A DNA stretch of 64,000 nucleotides, taken from positions 1-64,000 of the forward strand of contig NIVC01003581.1 of NCBI GenBank assembly GCA_002269645.1. Reading direction: 5' to 3'. Positions 61,016 to 64,000 of the stretch are shown here, one piece after another (positions within the stretch are counted from its first letter, which is position 1; each line of letters starts with the position of its first letter). A program made the position numbers and the translations under genes. Below the pieces are notes generated by a model. It was not told the origin of the DNA. It ran no database searches and saw only the letters and a program-made list of their open reading frames with translations. This stretch comes from Macrostomum lignano (Eukaryota).

Positions 61016-61084
61016 GTGAGATAGGGGCCTGTTTCTTAGCGTTTGCTTTTTCAATATTTCTGGTAGAGTCGCAAAAGTAAGCTT

Positions 61085-61585
61085 AATCACTGCTAGAATC
61101 GCCTGTCAATCACTGCTAGAATCACCTGTCAATCACTGCTAGAATCACCTGTCAATCACTGCTAGAATCACCTATCAATCACTGCTAGAATCACATGTCA
61201 ATCACAGCTAGAATCACCTGTCAATCACAGCTAGAATCACATGTCAATCACAGCTAGAATCATCTGTCAATCACTGCTAAAATCACCTGTCAATCACTGC
61301 CAGAATCACCTGTCAATCACTGCTAGAATCAACTGTCAATCACTGCTAGAATCACCTGTCAATCACTGCTAGAATCACCCGTCAATCACTGCTAGAATCA
61401 ACTGTCAATCACTGCTAGAATCACCTATCAATCACTGCCAGAATCGCCTGTCAATCACTGCCAGAATCGCCTGTCAATCACTGCTATAATCACCTGTCAA
61501 TCACTGCTAGAATCGCCTGTCAATCACAGCTAGAATCACCTGTCAATCATGCTAGAATCACCTGTCAATCACTGCTAGAATCGCC
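61085..61585. repeat. Intron 7 23-bp repeat TCAATCACTGCTAGAATCACCTG
   Basis: Direct inspection. Confidence 0.95.
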
Positions 61586-61616
61586 CTTAAATGACCCCAC
61601 CCCGCCCCTCTTACAG

Positions 61617-62019
61617 CTGAACGCCACCTCAGTGGCCCTACTGGCGAATATGAGTTTCGACTTCGAATCTGGAACTCCACCTTCGCCAAAACAACTTCGC
61701 CTCGTCATCCGAGCCAGCTCTGGCCCACTGTTTGCCGACACTTCAGTCCAAGTGAACATCACGGATTTAAATGATGTCGCACCGATACTGCCAGACACGG
61801 ATGTCTATTTGATTAAACGAGATCTTCTCAGTAGAATCGATGCATTGGGCCGGTTAACTATTGTGGATCCAGATACTGTCAATAATTTCAGCTACTCTAT
61901 TATTGCCGGCAACGAAGCTGGTGCTGTGTTCATTGATCCTGCGACTGGTGTGGTTAGTGTTGACCAGCGGCTTAATACCGATGTGAATTATAACTTTAGT
62001 GTTACTGTCCGCCTGTCCG
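61617..62019 (+). CDS. fmi: Flamingo/CELSR exon 8
   Basis: FDFE..VIRASSGPL..DLNDVAP..DPD..GNE..TG: the atypical last cadherin repeat of CELSR proteins. Confidence 0.85.
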
Positions 62020-62094
62020 GTGAGTTTTCAGTGGTTTTGTTTTAAGATTTGTCTGTCTATAGGCTGAGGTTTGGGTTGTCTATAGGGTGAGGAG

Positions 62095-62910
62095 TAGGCT
62101 GTCTATAACCTCAGGTGTAGGTTGTCTATGGTTTGATGTGAAGGTTGTCTATGGTTTGATGTGAAGGTTGTCTATGGTTTGATGTGAAGGTTGTCTATGG
62201 TTTGATGTGTAGGTTGTCTATGGTTTGATGTGAAGGTTGTCTATGGTTTGAGGTGAAGGTTGTCTATGGTTTGATGTGTAGGTTGTCTATGGTTTGATGT
62301 GTAGGTTGTCTATGGTTTGATGTGTAGGTTGTCTATGGTTTGAGGTGAAGGTTGTCTATGGTTTGAGGTGAAGGTTGTCTATGGTTTGAGGTGTAGGCTG
62401 TCTATGGTTTGAGGTGTAGGTTGTCTATAAGGTGAGGTGTAGGTTGTCTATGGTTTGAGGTGTAGGTTGTCTATGGTTTGAGGTGTAGGTTGTCTATAAG
62501 GTGAGGTGTAGGTTGTCTATGGTTTGAGGTGTAGGTTGTCTATGGTTTGAGGTGTAGGTTGTCTATGGTTTGAGGTGTAGGTTGTCTATAAGGTGAGGTG
62601 TAGGTTGTCTATGGTTTGAGGTGTAGGTTGTCTATAAGGTGAGGTGTAGGTTGTCTATGGTTTGAGGTGAAGGTTGTCTATGGTTTGAGGTGTAGGTTGT
62701 CTATGGTTTGAGGTGTAGGTTGTCTATGGTTTGAGGTGTAGGTTGTCTATGGTTTGAGGTGTAGGTTGTCTATAAGGTGAGGTGTAGGTTGTCTATGGTT
62801 TGAGGTGAAGGTTGTCTATGGTTTGAGGTGTAGGTTGTCTATGGTTTGAGGTGTAGGTTGTCTATGGTTTGAGGTGTAGGTTGTCTATAAGGTGAGGTGT
62901 AGTTGTCCAT
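62095..62910. repeat. Intron 8 23-bp repeat GGTTGTCTATGGTTTGAGGTGTA
   Basis: Direct inspection. Confidence 0.95.
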
Positions 62911-63069
62911 AGAGGGGGGGGGTAGATTTTAATTCATTGGCTGAGATTTTATTTGCCTTTAAATAAGGTCTGAGGATTTTGAATTTCTTCAAGATATTTT
63001 AGTCCATAAATGTATTAAACAATGCAGCAAGTATAATTTTCATAATCTTCATACCAAACTGTCACATAG

Positions 63070-63533
63070 ATGGACTTCACACAACTCAAGGCCAGCTCAA
63101 CTTGCTCAGCCGCTATCCATCATCCGATCTCATAGCCAACAGTGCCACCTTGCTTATTAATCAGACCGAACCCGTTGGCCAGCAATACCTGGTAACTATT
63201 GGACACCTGGTAGCCTCAGCTCTGCCCGGCATCCGGTCCACTCTGGCTGGTATTCTGCATTTACCAATCGATTACATTCTACCTATAGATGCTGCTGTAA
63301 TTTCCCAGCATCCGTCTAATAATTGGATTCTGTTCAATCTCACATTGGCTGTGTCTGTTGATAGCAATTTTATTCAATCAATCGATCGGGATTTGCTGAT
63401 TCAATCGATTGCTGTTTATATCGATTGGCTGGCTGGCAATGCTAGCAGCGGCTCCGGTGGGTTAACAGCTGTAACCCTGGCTTCTGCTGCTGCTGAGTCA
63501 TTCTGCGCTACAGAGCCCTGTGGCAGCTTTCAG
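63070..63533 (+). CDS. fmi: Flamingo/CELSR exon 9 (membrane-proximal Flamingo-box region to the first EGF start); gene continues past the window
   Basis: SDGLHTTQGQL..NSATL..FNLTLAV..FCATEPC parallels SDGVHSV..SITLRL..LNVSLSV..CLREPC of CELSR. Confidence 0.82.
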
Positions 63534-63534
63534 G

Positions 63535-64000
63535 TGAGATGCCAGATAAACGCACTGAGATGCCAGATAAGCACACTGAGATGCCAGATAAACACACTGA
63601 GATGCCAGATAAACAGACTGAGATGCCAGATAAACACACTGAGATGCCAGATAAACAGACTGAGATGCCAGATAAACACACTGAGATGCCAGATAAACAG
63701 ACTGAGATGCCAGATAAACACACTGAGATGCCAGATTAACACACTGAGATGCCAGATAAACACACTGAGATGCCAGATTAACACACTGAGATGCCAGATA
63801 AACACACTGAGATGCCAGATAACCACACTGAGATGCCAGATAAGCACACTGAGATGCCAGATAAGCACACTGAGATGCCAGATAAGCACACTGAGATGCC
63901 AGATAAGCACACTAAGAAGCTAGATAAACGCACTGAGATGCCAGATAAGCACACTGAGATGCCAGATAAACACACTGAGATGCCAGATAAACAGACTGAG
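63535..64000. repeat. Intron 9 21-bp repeat GAGATGCCAGATAAACACACT
   Basis: Starts at the donor site; 7-aa periodic translations. Confidence 0.95.

Noticed and set aside
63534-63923. RCQINTL repeat as a C-terminal extension of the cadherin ORF
   Set aside because: Begins exactly at a CAG|GTGAG donor; it is intron read-through

Overview
Animal genomic DNA. The intron-minisatellite style is reminiscent of the flatworm Macrostomum, but the species cannot be confirmed from sequence alone. Positions 1-50.3 kb are a nested transposon cluster. It holds three Ty3/Gypsy elements (A truncated, B near full length with ~99.4% identical LTRs and a 4-bp TSD, C degenerate and missing its 3' LTR) and two solo LTRs. 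It also holds a Mutator/Rehavkus-like element with long repeat-containing TIRs and a 9-bp TSD, a CACTA/EnSpm-type transposase with two accessory-gene remnants, an intact hAT (Buster/SPIN-like) element, an Ingi-like LINE inserted in a CAG tract, and three non-autonomous TIR elements. From 52976 to the window end lie the first nine coding exons of a Flamingo/CELSR-type cadherin gene, with a different minisatellite in every intron. The most unusual observations: (i) three perfect heat-shock elements plus a TATA-like box in a small TIR cassette pointing into the Mutator transposase; (ii) Gypsy LTRs carrying decoy-like extra LTR-end/PBS copies and a covarying hairpin; (iii) non-homologous accessory ORFs in the env position, preceded by arrays of a short structured motif; (iv) no polypurine tract in element B; (v) a KKVRF (PP1-docking-like) motif in a long Pol linker.
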